Assembly: GCA_001643675.2 (NCBI GenBank)
Contig: LSRY02000023.1
Span: forward strand, 930,001 to 994,000
Length of the DNA: 64,000 nucleotides
DNA from: Monocercomonoides exilis PA203
Taxonomy: Eukaryota; Protista; Preaxostyla
Reading direction: 5' to 3'
The position numbers and the translations under genes were made by a program. Positions 24,796 to 38,800 of the stretch are shown piece by piece. The notes under the pieces were generated by a model, which had not been told where the DNA came from, ran no database searches, and was given only the letters and a program-made list of their open reading frames with translations. The first letter of the stretch is position 1. The number at the start of each line of letters is the position of its first letter.

Positions 24796-25799
24796 ATATT
24801 TATAATAAAGAATTTTAATTTTTATTTATTGATAATAATTCTCTCATGTTAATTATACACAGAACAACATATCATATGATTTTTTATGTTTTCATTTACA
24901 ATTGATAAATTAAAAGGATAAAATTGTTTTATGAGAATTGCAAAAAAACAATAAAAAAATTATGATAATAATGTCAATTTTTTGTTAAAACTGATTCAAC
25001 ATGAAAAATATTTAAAGAAATAATCTTCATAAAAATGAAAATTAATAAAAATGTGAAAATAAAAAAAAAACTTCAAAAACAATAACAAGCGAATTGGAGA
25101 ATATTGATGTAAATTTGCATTTAATGATATGACTTTTACCGAAGCTAAAAATAGTATAAAAAAAGAACAAGATTTGTAAAAGGTTTGTGGATATTCATTT
25201 TTTTCTGAACAATCAGATTTGTTTTGAATTATTGGTTATTTTTTATTATCAATTAAAATAAATATCAATTAATTTGTTTTTATCAAAAAAAATTATTCAT
25301 TCATTCATATTTTTTCAATTATACAGTGAAAATTTTGCAAATAAGTATTTCAAAGAAAAAAGAATTCTCAAAAGAATCGTTTAAAGATTAATAATCAGAA
25401 AGTGAATTTAAAAATGAATTTTCAGAATAAAAATTACACACCTTTGACGTCCCTGTTTCACTTATAAAGCAATTTGAAGAAAATGAAAGATTTGAGTAAA
25501 CAAAAAATATTTATTTAAATTTTCAACATCTATTTATTTTTGAAAAATATAAAGTTTTATTCCTTTTTCTGAAATAAAAATATAATTTCTATTTATATCA
25601 TTTCTTTCAAAAACTTTTCTTTTTTTGTTTCTGATTTTTTCAAAATTTTATATTCTATTTCAAACCTTCCTGAGCTATTTTCGCAGCTGATTGGCGAAAC
25701 GAGAAGTTTCCCTGTATCTTTCTTAAAAAACAAATATTTTTTCATACATTTTGTTTTCATTTCATTCCAGTTTGTTTCTTTTAATTCTTTGTGACAAAA

Positions 25800-25831
<32 letters not shown>

Positions 25832-26854
25832 AAAAAAATGGACAAATAAGGTTTTTTTTTATTCTCATATGGGACAAAATATATGAATTCAGGAATTTTA
25901 ATCGAAAAATTATGCACTTCTGATAAGTTTTTTGTTATCTGAAAATATGTTAAAAAATTGGTTCATTTTTTTGATATTCGTTAAAATTTACAAAACGTGA
26001 TGTTTTGATATCAACGTTTCCCGTTAATAGACAAGAAAATCTCATTTATTTTGAAATCTGAGCTAGTTTAAAAAAGTTATGAGTGAAACAAATTTTCAAC
26101 GCCTTGCCCAAAAAATGCTTGAAAGTCCGTATTTACACCCACATCTTCATGAAAATAAACTGTTTTATTAATTTTCAAAAAAATTAAAATTTGAAATATG
26201 TTATTTTTTCAATAAAAGTGAAGTCAAATAATAACATACATTTTCCTCAGCCTCCTTGAATTGTTTGAAACTCTTGTCACTTTCAATTTTTTTTTTTTAA
26301 TGGAAAATATCCAAATAGCTTCACAAAATTCACAGACAAACTTTCATGAAAACATCTCAGAAAACCTTCTTCACAATCATTCACATTATTCAACTTCCAA
26401 AAAGAAAGAATTGTCTTGTTCATGATTTTTAAGTGGGAATGAAGATGGAAAATTTTTCAAAATTCTCCGATTCATGACTATTGAGGAAAAAAATGCTGTG
26501 CAGAATTTATGATAGGTTTTATGAATTTTTGAAAGCATTTAATAAAGTTGCGAGCTTTAATTTACAAGAATTTCTTTACAATTTCAGATCTTAAAAATTC
26601 AAATGGAAGTTTTTAGATATCGAAATAATTTTTGAGCATTATTTAAAAAATTAAACTCAATGCTAAGATAATCACTTTTGTCTCATATACTCAAAAACAA
26701 CAGTTCAATAAAATCAAGATAATTGAATTATCAACAAAAATTCTTTATTCAAAAATAAATAAATAAAACAAAAGCCTCTTTGAAGCAAAAACTATCAAAC
26801 ACAAATTAGTGCACAATTCAACATCTTTGTTTCATTTTCTTTTAATTAAATTAT

Positions 26855-29800
26855 TCAACATTCAGAAAAATTTGCACTCACAGGTTTTTTCTCATCAGCT
26901 TTTGGACCTTTCCCCTTCACTTTCACTTTTTCCTTTTTATCTTCAAGTTTCTTTTCTTTTTTCTTTGGAATTTCTCCTATTTCCTTTGCTAGTGCTTTCT
27001 TTTCTAAGCTGGTCTCTGAATTCAATTCGATCAGTTGTACTTCCAAGTTTGATTCTCTGTTCAAGCAATTCATTTCTGGTGAGAAATTTATCTCTTTTTC
27101 AACACATTTTGCTTCCTTCTTGACAAAACGCATAAAATCCATTACTGATGAATATACACAAATATAATTTACTGGTCTCACCATTTTTTGAATCCCTCGT
27201 AAACTTTTTATCATGCTATCACATATTTTCCCCAAGCATTTAACTTCAAAGAAATACGAATTGATAAACATTTTCAAGCGCTTTTCAAAAATTCTGACAT
27301 TTTCCCACATCTTTCCCAATTTGATTGCGATAATCTTTTTCTCTTCTTCAAGTTCGATAACTTTCAGACCAACGGAACTTGTTGATTTTGAAGATCTCGT
27401 TCTAAACCTGCGCATTTTTCGTATCATTGATTTTTCCAACGATGAAGCATTTGCGTATCCTTCATCCTCCTCCTCCTCTTCGCTTTCCTCTTCTTCTATT
27501 GTTTCATCCTCATCTGAATCGTTGCTTGAGTGCTTTTTCTCAATAAATTCTTTCGTTTTGCCACTTTCAATTAAATTATTCTCGTCTTCCTTTGATCTTT
27601 CATCAATTTCATTGCATTTTTGTCCTCCATTTTCTTTCTCTAAAAGCTCTTTTAGATGTTCTGATAAAGCCATCCTGTATTTGGATACATCACAAATTTC
27701 TTCGATCTGATCCTTCAATTTCTTCACACACAAATAATAAAATACAGAAAATAAGCTCTTCCAACTCAGACAATCTTGTTTATTGATTGATTCCTGTTCA
27801 ATCACATGAACCGAAGAAGAATTTTCCATTTCAGAAGAAGGAAGCACAACTTCAGATGAATGCGCTATCAATCGAAGCAAGCAGCAAAAACTCTTCTGTA
27901 CAGGAGCAGAAAGAAAAGATGAGGAAGATACAAACGATGCAAAGAACAAATATGAAAAAAGTGCTCCAAAATCGGTCGGTAAATAAGAGTAACTGAACAG
28001 CTGAGATTGCTTCATAAACATAACGCCATCATGCCCTCTCTTTCTGTACAATGGCACAATCACAGAATTTTCATCAAGTGCAATTTGTTTCAAAACGCAA
28101 TCTGAAGCAAATGTGCTTTCTTTTTCATTCAGAGAATAATGCACATCATCAAGGACATTATATCGATTAAGAAACACCAATCTCTTTTTTTGTCTGCAAT
28201 AGAAATCACAAAGCAATACTGTTACAAATGGCATAATTCCTCTCAATTTACTATCAAAACGCAATGGTACAACAGTTGAGGATACGAACATTTTTAGGAA
28301 CGGAAATGCGCAATAAAGAGGATGGACATCTAGTTCAGATGCTTTTTCCTCGTTTTGTTTTAATGAGAGAGAAGAGCAAGAGCGCACAAAACTAGATGAA
28401 CTGGTTCTTGGTAGAGAATGCAACGAATTCAATTGTGAAGTTTCTGCCAAATCATCATTCGTTTTCGGATCTTTATCTGTGCTCACCTTTCTTTCCAGAA
28501 ATCTTTTCAAGAACAATTCATCAAGATGGCATCCTTCAGCAAAAGCACTGTCTTTCACTTCTGATTTCTCCCGATCCGAGTCCTGTTTTGGCTTCATCGA
28601 GATTGATAAATAGTGTGTTGCAACCGCAGCAAATAGAAGCATTCCTTTTGTCATTGAGTTCAAAGTTGATTCAACACACTCATTTGAATTCTTGGATTTC
28701 AGTAATGACTCGTCCTTCTCTCCAGCTGAACGTGCATTTCCCTCATTTCCCACTGAATCTTTCTTTTCAATAGTTTGCATCAAGTTTTGTTTGTTTGCTA
28801 AATCTGATGCATTTTGAGTAGGCTGACCAACAATACCACTTGAAGGTTTGGAAGAAGGCTCAGAAGACTGCAAAAGATGTGTTGAAGAAAGAGGATCATC
28901 AGAAGTGCTGGAAAATATCGTTGTTGAAGAATGATCAGTCAAGAACTGTTGCACAGCAGTCGCCTGCTTATTAGAAACTTTTATTGCCTTCTTTTCAGAT
29001 TCTTCTTCATTTTGAGGTTTTGTTTGAAGATCCATGCTTGTTTGAATAGGATCTTTGTGCTCATTAAACAATTCTAACTGTCTCAAAGCTTTTTCTTTCC
29101 TTTTCTCTTTTTTCTTTCTTTCTTTCTCTTCAATTTTAAACTTTTGATCTTGTATTATTTGCCCCAATTCTCCTTCTTTGCAGGAGTTGATTAAAGAACC
29201 TGTGTTGTAATTCCTTGCAACAAAAGATAAAACATCTATCTCTTTCTCAAAAACATCACTTGTAACAACACACGAACCGATATTTGAAATCTCCATGTTA
29301 TCTTTAAGATTTTCATGCTCTTCTTTTTTATTAATTTCCAAATAGCTTCTCACAACATTATCAAATAACGTTCTCAGTAGATTTGTGGAAGCGTCACAGA
29401 ACAAAGCTTGTCCAATCACCAATTCCGGTTCTTGTGGAGCGACTGATTGAGAGACAATTGCCTGGGAAGAGCTGTCTTCATCTGTCCATCTCTTGATCCT
29501 CTCGAAAAATTGAGAAGATGATGCTGACTCGGACGGGTCAATGCATGGAAGCTGAGAGATGCGCAGTGAGGGGCATCCATCGTAAAAGAAAGGTGGATTA
29601 AATTGAACATTTGATTGACTGGCTGAATTTGTTGTTTCAATCATCACAGGAATCACTGTCTTCTTCAAGGAAATGATTGGAGCTAGTTCTATCGACATCA
29701 ACTTCTTTTGTTCATTTGATTCGTTCTCAAACTTTCCTTTCGTTTCATTTCCTTCGAAATCGAAATATTTCTCTGAATTAAAATCTTCCTTTGTAAGCGC

Positions 29801-32800
29801 TAATGTTGATAGATCTCTTTCTTCATCCAAATAATGAGCGATATTTATATCCCAGTCTCTGACCATGCACTGCTTCATCACAAGAGATATTTTCGCCGTT
29901 TCTTCAAATAGATATTTTGGATGAAGATACACACAACGCGAGCAGCTTGTGTTCGGAATGAAGGTTCTTTTAAGATTGCACTTCATCAAGTCAGATATTA
30001 ATGATGTCACTTGACTTCTTGAGCTTGGCCGCAGATAGTCAAATAAATCTTTTCCAATCACTGCTTTTGTTCCAGCTTCGTTTGCATCAGGTATCTTTTG
30101 CTTATCACAGCTAGATGAGTTGAGCCTTTCTTTCTCCACAACCAACGCTTCATTCTCTAATCCAGCAAGAAGTGCATCCAACACAATTTCTGCTCCTCTG
30201 TTCCAAGCAGGAAGAATTGCAGAAATCAAAGAGAGAGCAGCTGTCCGGATAATTGTGGGATACATTGGCAGAGTTAAGTGCAGAAGTGCAGCAACGTCAA
30301 TTCCACCAGGAAATTGAAGAGAAACAGCTGAATCCGATTCACATTTCGAACTGTACAAATCTACCTGCTGTTTTGAACCTGCCAATCCTGAGCCAATTGT
30401 TGTGTTGGCTGCATTCTTTGAAGGATTTGCCAAATATGGAGGATATTTTGGAACAAGCTCTGATTCCATTAAGAGTGGAGAATCATCTTTATGTGGCCCT
30501 TGTTCAGTTTTTGACTCACTGCTCTCTTCCTCTTCTTCCTCATCCCAATCTTCTTCCTTTTCTTCTTCATTCCCTTCTTTCGGTTCTTTGGACTCTTCTT
30601 TTTGAATATTGTCCGATGACTCGTTATTTCTCTCTCTCTCTTTCATTCTCTTTTCTTTTTCTATTTCGTCTCCATTTAGCAGCCACTGCGCAACAAACTT
30701 GTCTCGATCTTTCCCCAAATGCTGTTCTCGTTCCACATTCGCAAGAACTGCAGCCATCAAAATAGGAATAAGAGAATAGATGTGCAACGGAGAAGATGGC
30801 ATCCAGCAAGAAGAAGCATATGTTGATATAAACTGATCCACAGAGTTTTTGCTGCTTTGTGTATTGATCTGCTTTCTCGTGTCTATCCCTTTCATCGCGA
30901 AAAAGCATTGCTTTTCTGAGCCATCAAGGAGCGATTGATTATTCTCAGATGAAGTTAGCAAACTGTGCGCAAGTGATTTCGTCAGTTGAGGAGGATCTGA
31001 AGATTGAATCGTGCTGAACAGGAGCCTCCGAACAGAATTGTGGAAAAGAAGGCAAAAACCATTTTCTGATCGATTCATTGCAGAGGAGCAAAGCGCACTT
31101 GCTGACGATTCACTTGAAGTTATATTAGTAGCATCATTACTTCTTTTGCTCGAACATTCATCTAACTGACTTGGAGAAAGATACAAATCCCTCACTCTTG
31201 TTGACAAGAGATGAGAAAGCCAGCGAAGAAGACGAGGCGGGAAGAGATTGAACAAGTCGTCTTCGCTCAGTGCAAGCCAATAGAAAGCTGTGTTTGGAAG
31301 AACTGTTTCCACATTAACATCCTTTTGCACTTTGATTTTTCCTTTCCCATCTCTGCCTGTTTCGGCTTCTTTCCTCTTCCGCATTTGATCTTCTGGTTCT
31401 TCTTTTGCGTTTTCTTCTTCTTTGTTCTCGATTTGATCTTTCTTATTCTGCTTCACAAGCGGAATTTCGAAATCAGCTGTCCATATTTTTCCCCTTTCCA
31501 AAGCACGCGGTTCAATCAATGCAGCAGAAAGCAAAGATATGATAATCGCAGGGTGGTACATGTTCAGCCTGCGAAGGCACAGCGAAAGAATTCCCCGCCG
31601 AACGAAATTCGACGTTTGTGCAGAAGCGTGGAAAAAGCGGAGCAAAGATGTTGTGGTGTGCGGATGGAAGAACAGAGAAGGCGCCGAATCATCTCCATTT
31701 TCAAACCATGCAGAGCTGTTGCAGAACACATCAGCTGCTCTTACTGAACCACCATTAATTTCATTTCCTTCCCTTCTGCTTCCGCACATTGCAGCAAACG
31801 ACGAAGGATAAGTCATTTTGGCAATTGAGATTATTTCTCTCGTATTCATTGTGTTAACCATCACAAAGCGGGTGAAGCAGCGATCAGCCATCCACAGCAC
31901 CCATCCGCTGTTGAATATGGTGCGAGAAGCAATTGAAGCAGAAGTCATGTTTGAGGAGTTGATATAAGATAAAATGACTGTCGTGCACAAATCAAGCACA
32001 TTCCGCAGAAGTGTGTCTGTGAAAAATGGTGAGAATAGCGAATTCATATTCATCGAAGCCAACTGACTCCTCGAAGCTGCAACTGGATTTAATCCAAAGC
32101 CAGGTGATTCTGCCGCAATAGAAGCTGTTGAGGAGGAGGAAGAAGCAGAAGGAGCCTGCAACGAAAACATCGACCGAGTTTTTCCCACAACAGTTATGTC
32201 ATGTGCTGCTGCATTCAATGCAATTATCAGGAACTGGTTTGGCAGCTGAATTGACTCTGCAAACTTGCCAAGTAGCGACTCATTCTCAAGCAGCGGATTT
32301 GCTATTTGTCCTGCTCCAAACCAAGGGAATGGCACAGGAGTGTTCAGAAACTGGAGAGAAAAGCTTCTTCCGCAAAGCGTTGTGAATAAGAAAGATGCCG
32401 GCCAAGGAGACACAACCAGGGGAGAAAACATGTGCTTGAAAGAAGGCTGGGCAAACAGCTGGGAAGCTAAGTCAGACACCATTTCAGAGGGTTTTTTGCT
32501 CAGGAATGCTATCATTGCATTTAGTTCGCTGTCGGAAAGACACGAAATAATTGGAGAGCCAACTTCTTCATCCAACAAGTCGTCTATTCGAATATCCTTT
32601 GATTTGATCTGCGATCGAGAAAGTGAACCCGATATTGCAGATTTCGTATCGTTCTTCTCATCTTCATCTCCATTTTTGCTTTCGGCCAATGGATCCTTAA
32701 CTTCTTCCTTCTGCTTTCTGTTTCTGTCTCTTCTGGCCTTCATTCGTTTCAGCCGCTCAATCACTCTATAAGAAGGGGCGCGCCTGCTCAGCACAAACAA

Positions 32801-35800
32801 GTGATTCAGGAGTGAATATGCTGCCAACACAGAAAAATCATAGTCCTTCTTTGCTGCGATGCTGATGCGGTAGAAGATGAACTCGCACAGCCAGGCGACG
32901 AGTGAGACAGGGTAAATGAGCACATGCAGCACGAGGAAGAGGTCAGAGGAGTCAACCAGAAGGAAAGAGAGAAGGCGGATGATCGACTCTGCTTTGTGGA
33001 TGTCCCTCAGCTCGCTGTTCAGCACAGGCGGCACAAAACACTGCAGAAGCTGCCGCTGCCCAGAAGTGATAGAGGAAGACGAAGAGTTCGGGGCAAATTG
33101 GGAAGAAGAAGAAGAAGAGGATGATGAGGAAGAGTAGGAGGAGGAGGATGAAAGAGAAGACGAAGCTCTGACTTTTGATCTTGGCGGAATATTCGCAGGC
33201 GAATTGTGCTGATTGATAAGATTTGTGTGTGGAATGCTTGCAGCAAGAGCAGGGCGAGGAAGAGAATTCATAATCTCCATCAGAATGGCTTGCTGTGCAT
33301 AGCTGTCAATTGGCACCACTTTAAGTTGAATTGGTTGGTCTGAAGAAGAGGATGAGGATAAGGAAGAGGAAGAGGAAGCAGAAGAGGAAGACAAAGAAGA
33401 TGAAGAGTGTGGAGATATCTTCCTTTGTGAATACGAATAAACAGACTGCCAAAACTTCTGCTCATCATTCAATTTCTGTGACATACTTCCCAACTGCGAC
33501 GATAAAACAGAGCACAAACGCTGCAGAAGAGAAGAGGAGCTTTCAGGCTGACCAGAAAACGAAGAGAATGAAGATGACATGTTTGAAGAAGATATTGAAA
33601 GCATCGAAGACGAAAAGCAAGAAGTTGAACATTGAGGCTGCTTCAACAGATTTTTCAGGGTATCTGAGTTGAAGTCAGAGAGGAGAATTCTGGATTCTGA
33701 ATCGACTTTCACTGGGAGCATTGAAGGAGCAGGCAGAGCAGATGGGGCATGAGCTGTCAAAGGAGGAGGAGAAGGCGTCATGTATGCTCCATATCCCATT
33801 CGCATCAGCAGATCGTTCTTTTTCTCGCCAAACACATCTTCAGCGATGGAGATCACGTTCCTGGCTTCGACCAGTTCGAGCTCAGGGAGAGCTGGCTGGT
33901 GTCTGTCAGGGAGGTGGGAATCAGGATAGGAATAGCCACTGGACAGAAGAGAATGCTGTGTGAATGCAACTTCTGAATCATGCTGGGTGGAAGTGAAGCA
34001 GTTGAGCGATTGAACCCAACGAGGATGAGTAATACGAGGAACGAGAAGAGAAAGAAGAGAAAGAGACAGAGTGAAAGAAGTTAAGGAAGGCAATAACTGT
34101 ACAAACGAAGAAGAAGAAGAAGAATTCAAAGAATTGTTGACTTGTTCCACATAATCTAATTCATCTCTTTTACCTTCACTTTCATAAACAACACATTCAT
34201 CATTCAGCTGGCTGTAGCAAAGACACCCACAAGCACACTCATTCTCACATCTACATTTAAAAGGCGCAAACGCATCATCTTCATCTGTCCGGCAGAAATA
34301 TCGTTTTCTCCGCTTTTCTTTCCGCTTTTCCCGATCTCCCTCTCTGTGAATTGTGCCCAAAACAGGGAAAATCGATATTTCATCGTCCATTTTCGTGGTT
34401 GAACCGTCTTCTACGCCAATTTTGAGCTGTTCTTTCTTCCTTCTGTGCTCCTTTTTATCGTCTTTCTTCTTTCCTTTCCCTTTTTTCACTAGTTTTATTC
34501 TGTATTTCTTCGACTTTTTGTCTACATTCGAATTAACTGATTCATTGTCATTCTTTCCAAATACCACTCCAACATTCATTTCGCTCACTCTTCCTTTCTT
34601 CTCTTCTTCTGTCACTGTTAGTGTCCTCTTCACACCTTCCATCAGAGCAGCCACAGAAATCTCTTCTTCTTCTGGCAGCTTCAGCTCATGCTGTCTTCTT
34701 CCACAGCAGCAACAGAATGAGAAGTTGTTGTCATCCAAATTGCCTTTTTTCTTGTTCATTTCATTCTCTTTGTGCAAATTGATGCGCTTTTCCTTCAAGC
34801 GATTCAAAGCAGAATGAGCGAAAATCAGTTCGATGGCAGAGCAAGCGCTGTTGATGGAGGAATGGACAGCATCGTGAATGGCCATGCGGTGTAGAAGAAG
34901 CAGAATATTCGAACCGGATAAGGTTTCTTTGGAGGAAGAAGAGGAAGAAGAAGAGGAGGAGGAAGTTTCAGAAAGAGAAAGAGAGAATGGGAGTGAAGAT
35001 GAAGAAGACGACGACGGCGATGACGATGATGAAATTGTCTGAGGTTGATGTTGAACGGCAGAAAACATGTTATTCTTTTCGCTATCCTGCAAAGAATATC
35101 TTCTTCTATTGCTTTTATCAAACAGTATTCTTTCAATTGAAAGCGGAGAAGGAGGAACAAGTTGAGCCAAACTCTGTTCAAACAGCGTTTCGATGTCAAA
35201 ACACTTCAGAAGAGGCAAAAAGGCTGTGGGTGGATGAGTTACGCAACTTCTACGTTTAATTTTCTCCTTTTTGTGTGTTGTTTGAGGTTGAATGGTTTCG
35301 TTCTCTTTTTCTGTCTCTTTTTCATTCTCTTTATCTGCCTCAGTTTCTTTCTGTTCTCCACTTTCATTTTGTTCTTTGATTTCCTCTTTCTTATCTTCTT
35401 CTTCTTGTTCAATAATAACCTCCTCTTTCATCTTCTCCTGCTCATCATCCATTCCTTTATCTTTCACATCTTTCTCCTTCTCTTTCTCCTTCTCTTCCCC
35501 TTTCCCTTCCTCCACATATCCCCATCTCCACCGCTCAAACTCTGCCTGTTTCTCTGCTTCGTGTCTCGCATTCTCCACAAGGCAAAACGCACCTGCAGCA
35601 AAATCGGGGTCACAATAAGTGTAAACCTGTTCTTCCAAAAATTTGTCCATTTTGGATGAAGAAAGAGCAGATGATGTTTTGATTCGCTTGTTATGTCTTC
35701 GTTTGTCTTCGCTTTGTTTGTCAGTTGTGAATGATTCTGTGCTAACAACTGATGGAAGAGGTGATTTTGGTTCTGCTTCAGTTTGTGTTCGTGGTTGAAT

Positions 35801-38800
35801 TTGTGGTTGTTGTTGTGGTTGCGTTATTGTTTGTGCTTGTGATTGGCTTTCATCAGCTTCTTTGCTTTGCTCTGTTGGTATTTGCATTCTGCTTCTTTCT
35901 TTCACTTCCTTTTGCAGCTTCATTCGCTCCATCTTCATAATTCTTGATTTTTCTCTTTCTCTTTCTTTCTCATTCGTCTTCTCTTTCTCCTTTTCTCTTT
36001 CCTTTTCTCTTTCTCTTCTCTTCCCTCTTTCTCTCACCTTCCCATTCTCCCTTTTCTCCTTCTTCTCCTCCCTTTCCCTTTCCTTCTCCTTCTCCCTCTC
36101 CTTCCTCCTCATCCAGCTCACTGAATCATCCACCACCAGCAGCCTCAGCAGCCTCGATGCTGCCTCTCTTGTTCTCCAGTGCTTCGAATCAATCACAACA
36201 TGCACAATTTCTGCTCTGCATTGAGTAGCCAGCCGCAGACGGAGCGGAGGAGAAGAAGAAACAGCAGCAGCTGCTGCATAGAGATGGCTGATGACAGCAA
36301 GAGGGCTCTGTTTGTAGTCGGTGAGCGAGGCGAAGGAGCGGAAAACGAGGGAGAGAAGGGTTTGAGGGATGTCACAGAAGTTGGGGGAAATGGATGTGAA
36401 GGGAGAGAGTGAATTGGTAGAAGAAGAAGATGATGATGAAAGAGAAGAGAAGGTTGAAGAGGAAGAGGAAGAAGAAGAATATGGATAAAACAATGAAGAA
36501 GTTGCAGATGTCATCTTTAATCTATCATTCAGTGGAGAAAGCAGAGAATTGCTGCATTTCGACAGCAAAAACTGTCTTTTTGAGAGTCTCATTGGAATTC
36601 CCAGCCGAATTGCGTCTCTTTCGTGATGGGACGATTTCCGTGAGCTCATCGAAATGAGTTGCCAGAAGACAGAAAGATGAGGGAGAACAGCGTCAGACGG
36701 CTGGGACTGCTCCACATGGCGCAAAAGAGCAGAGAGGAAGGACTCCAAAATGGATGGAGGGTCGAATGGAGAGGAAGGAAGGGTGATGGTTGTGGTGGTT
36801 GAGGTTGTGATTGTGGATGTGGTTGTGGATGATGAAGTGGGTGAAGAGGAGGAGATGAAGGTTGGGAAAGAATAAGATGATGATGATGATGATGGAGAAG
36901 ATAGGAAAGATGAATGATGTGAATGCAGAGAAGAGCTGATGGGAACAGAAATGCTCGAAAACCCTCCATTAACAGAGGGGCCAGAGAGCGAATAAACAGC
37001 AGCCGCGAGGAGAGGCGGGGAGACACCAGAAAGCATCGCAGAATGGAGAAATTGAGTGTTGTGGAACAAGTCGGTGATGGTGGACAAGAGGGTGACGGCA
37101 GGATAAGCAGCAGAGAGGGCTGTGTAGAAGGATGTGTGCTGCAGAGTGGAGGAGGCGCCAGGGATGAAGAGAGGGTAATATGAGGAAGAAGAAGAAGAGG
37201 AGGAGGAGGAGGAATGAGAAGGAGAAGATAGTTTTGTTGTGGAGGATGAGAAGGAAACTGGTGAAGAACGCAATCTGGATGAGAAAGGACGATGACGAGA
37301 GGAAGAAGAAGAGGAAGAGGAGGAAGAATAAGAAGTAACTCGAAAGAGAAGAGGAAATAGAGTTAAGCTTGCCAGAGCATACTGCGAATCCAACAAAAAC
37401 GGTGCAGTTGGCCTCGGCAAGAGCGGTTTTTTCATTTCTTTTTCTCTCTTTTCGATGTTTTGAGGCAGAAAAGAGAGCTCAAATTCTTCTTCCACACCCA
37501 GTTTTGAAGGGTTTATTTCATCCAGTTCATTCATCAGCTCCTTTGAAGAAGGCTGCGGTAGAGAAAGCCACTCAAACAAGAAGTCTGTTTCCAAAGAAGA
37601 GAGATGAAAGAGATTTCGCAGAGAAGATAAGAGACTGAGTAAATGAGCGTCTCTTTTTGTGAGATTGTAAGGTGAGGAATGAGAAAAGGGCATTTTGAAT
37701 GAACTGACAGAGGAAAAGGAAGCAGAGGAAAGAGATTCTTTGAGAGAAGATGAGGATGTGGCTGAGGGAATTGGAGAAGGTTGATGAATAATTGTACTTT
37801 CTTTATCGTTTTCATTGTCTTTTTCTTTTTCTTTTTCTTTTTCTTTTTCTTTTTCGTCTTCTTCTTCCTCTACACCATCCCATTCATCTTCTTCTCCATT
37901 GCTATTATTGCTATTATTGGTAATGTTATTTTCATTGTCTGCATCTTTGCTTTTGCTTTCTTCAATTTCTTCATCCGTTTTGTTTGTAATTGTTACTCCT
38001 TCCATCACATGAATGCTTTCAACTGCTTCTTCTGCTTCTTCATCATATTTTTCTATGTCTTTCATATCAGTTTCTTCTTGTTCTTCCTCTTCATCTTCAT
38101 CTTCCTCCTCCTTCTCTTCTTCTTCCGTTTCCTCTTCATCACTAAATTCTTCATCTTCTGTTTCGCTTTCTTCGCTTGTTGATCTTCCACTTTCATATTG
38201 CAACATTTCATCTGCGTCCAATTCAACATTCTTCCTTTTCTTCTTCCCTTCTTCTCTTCTCTTTCTTCCTCTCCTTCCTCTCCTTCCTTCTTTCTCCACC
38301 CAAATCTCTTCTTCTCCTCTTTCTCCTCTTTCTTCTTCATCTTCCTCCACTTCCTCTCTAAATGCATGTGCCAATGTTCTTTCTTTGTATGTCAGGGCAA
38401 TCAGCTGCTTTCCAGCAAGGCCAATAACACTACATACACACCCAATCATCGCTTCCCACGCATCTCTAACAGCAACAGAGTCAGAAGCAGCAAGAGAAGA
38501 GGAGGAAAGGAAAGAGGAAAGAGAAATGGGGTTGGTGGATTTTGGAGGGGGAGAAGACGAAGAAGAAGACGAAGAAGAGAAAGAAGAATTCAAAACAGCA
38601 TCATTGACCAATTCTTTTGGAACCGCTTTTTCGATTTCTTCATCCAAAGGAGGCAGTTGTATTTCTGTTGACTTGCTTGTTGAATTAAACACATCTCCTG
38701 CTTTATCATCAAATGTTTTGTCGCTGTTATTCCCTCCTCTTTCTCCTCTTTCTCCTCTTCTGTCTTCTTCTCTTTTCTCTCCAAGTGTCTCTTTGAAGAT

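Noticed and set aside
25400-26650. Possible additional non-autonomous TE
   Set aside because: TE-like texture, but no TIR pair or TSD could be identified by eye.
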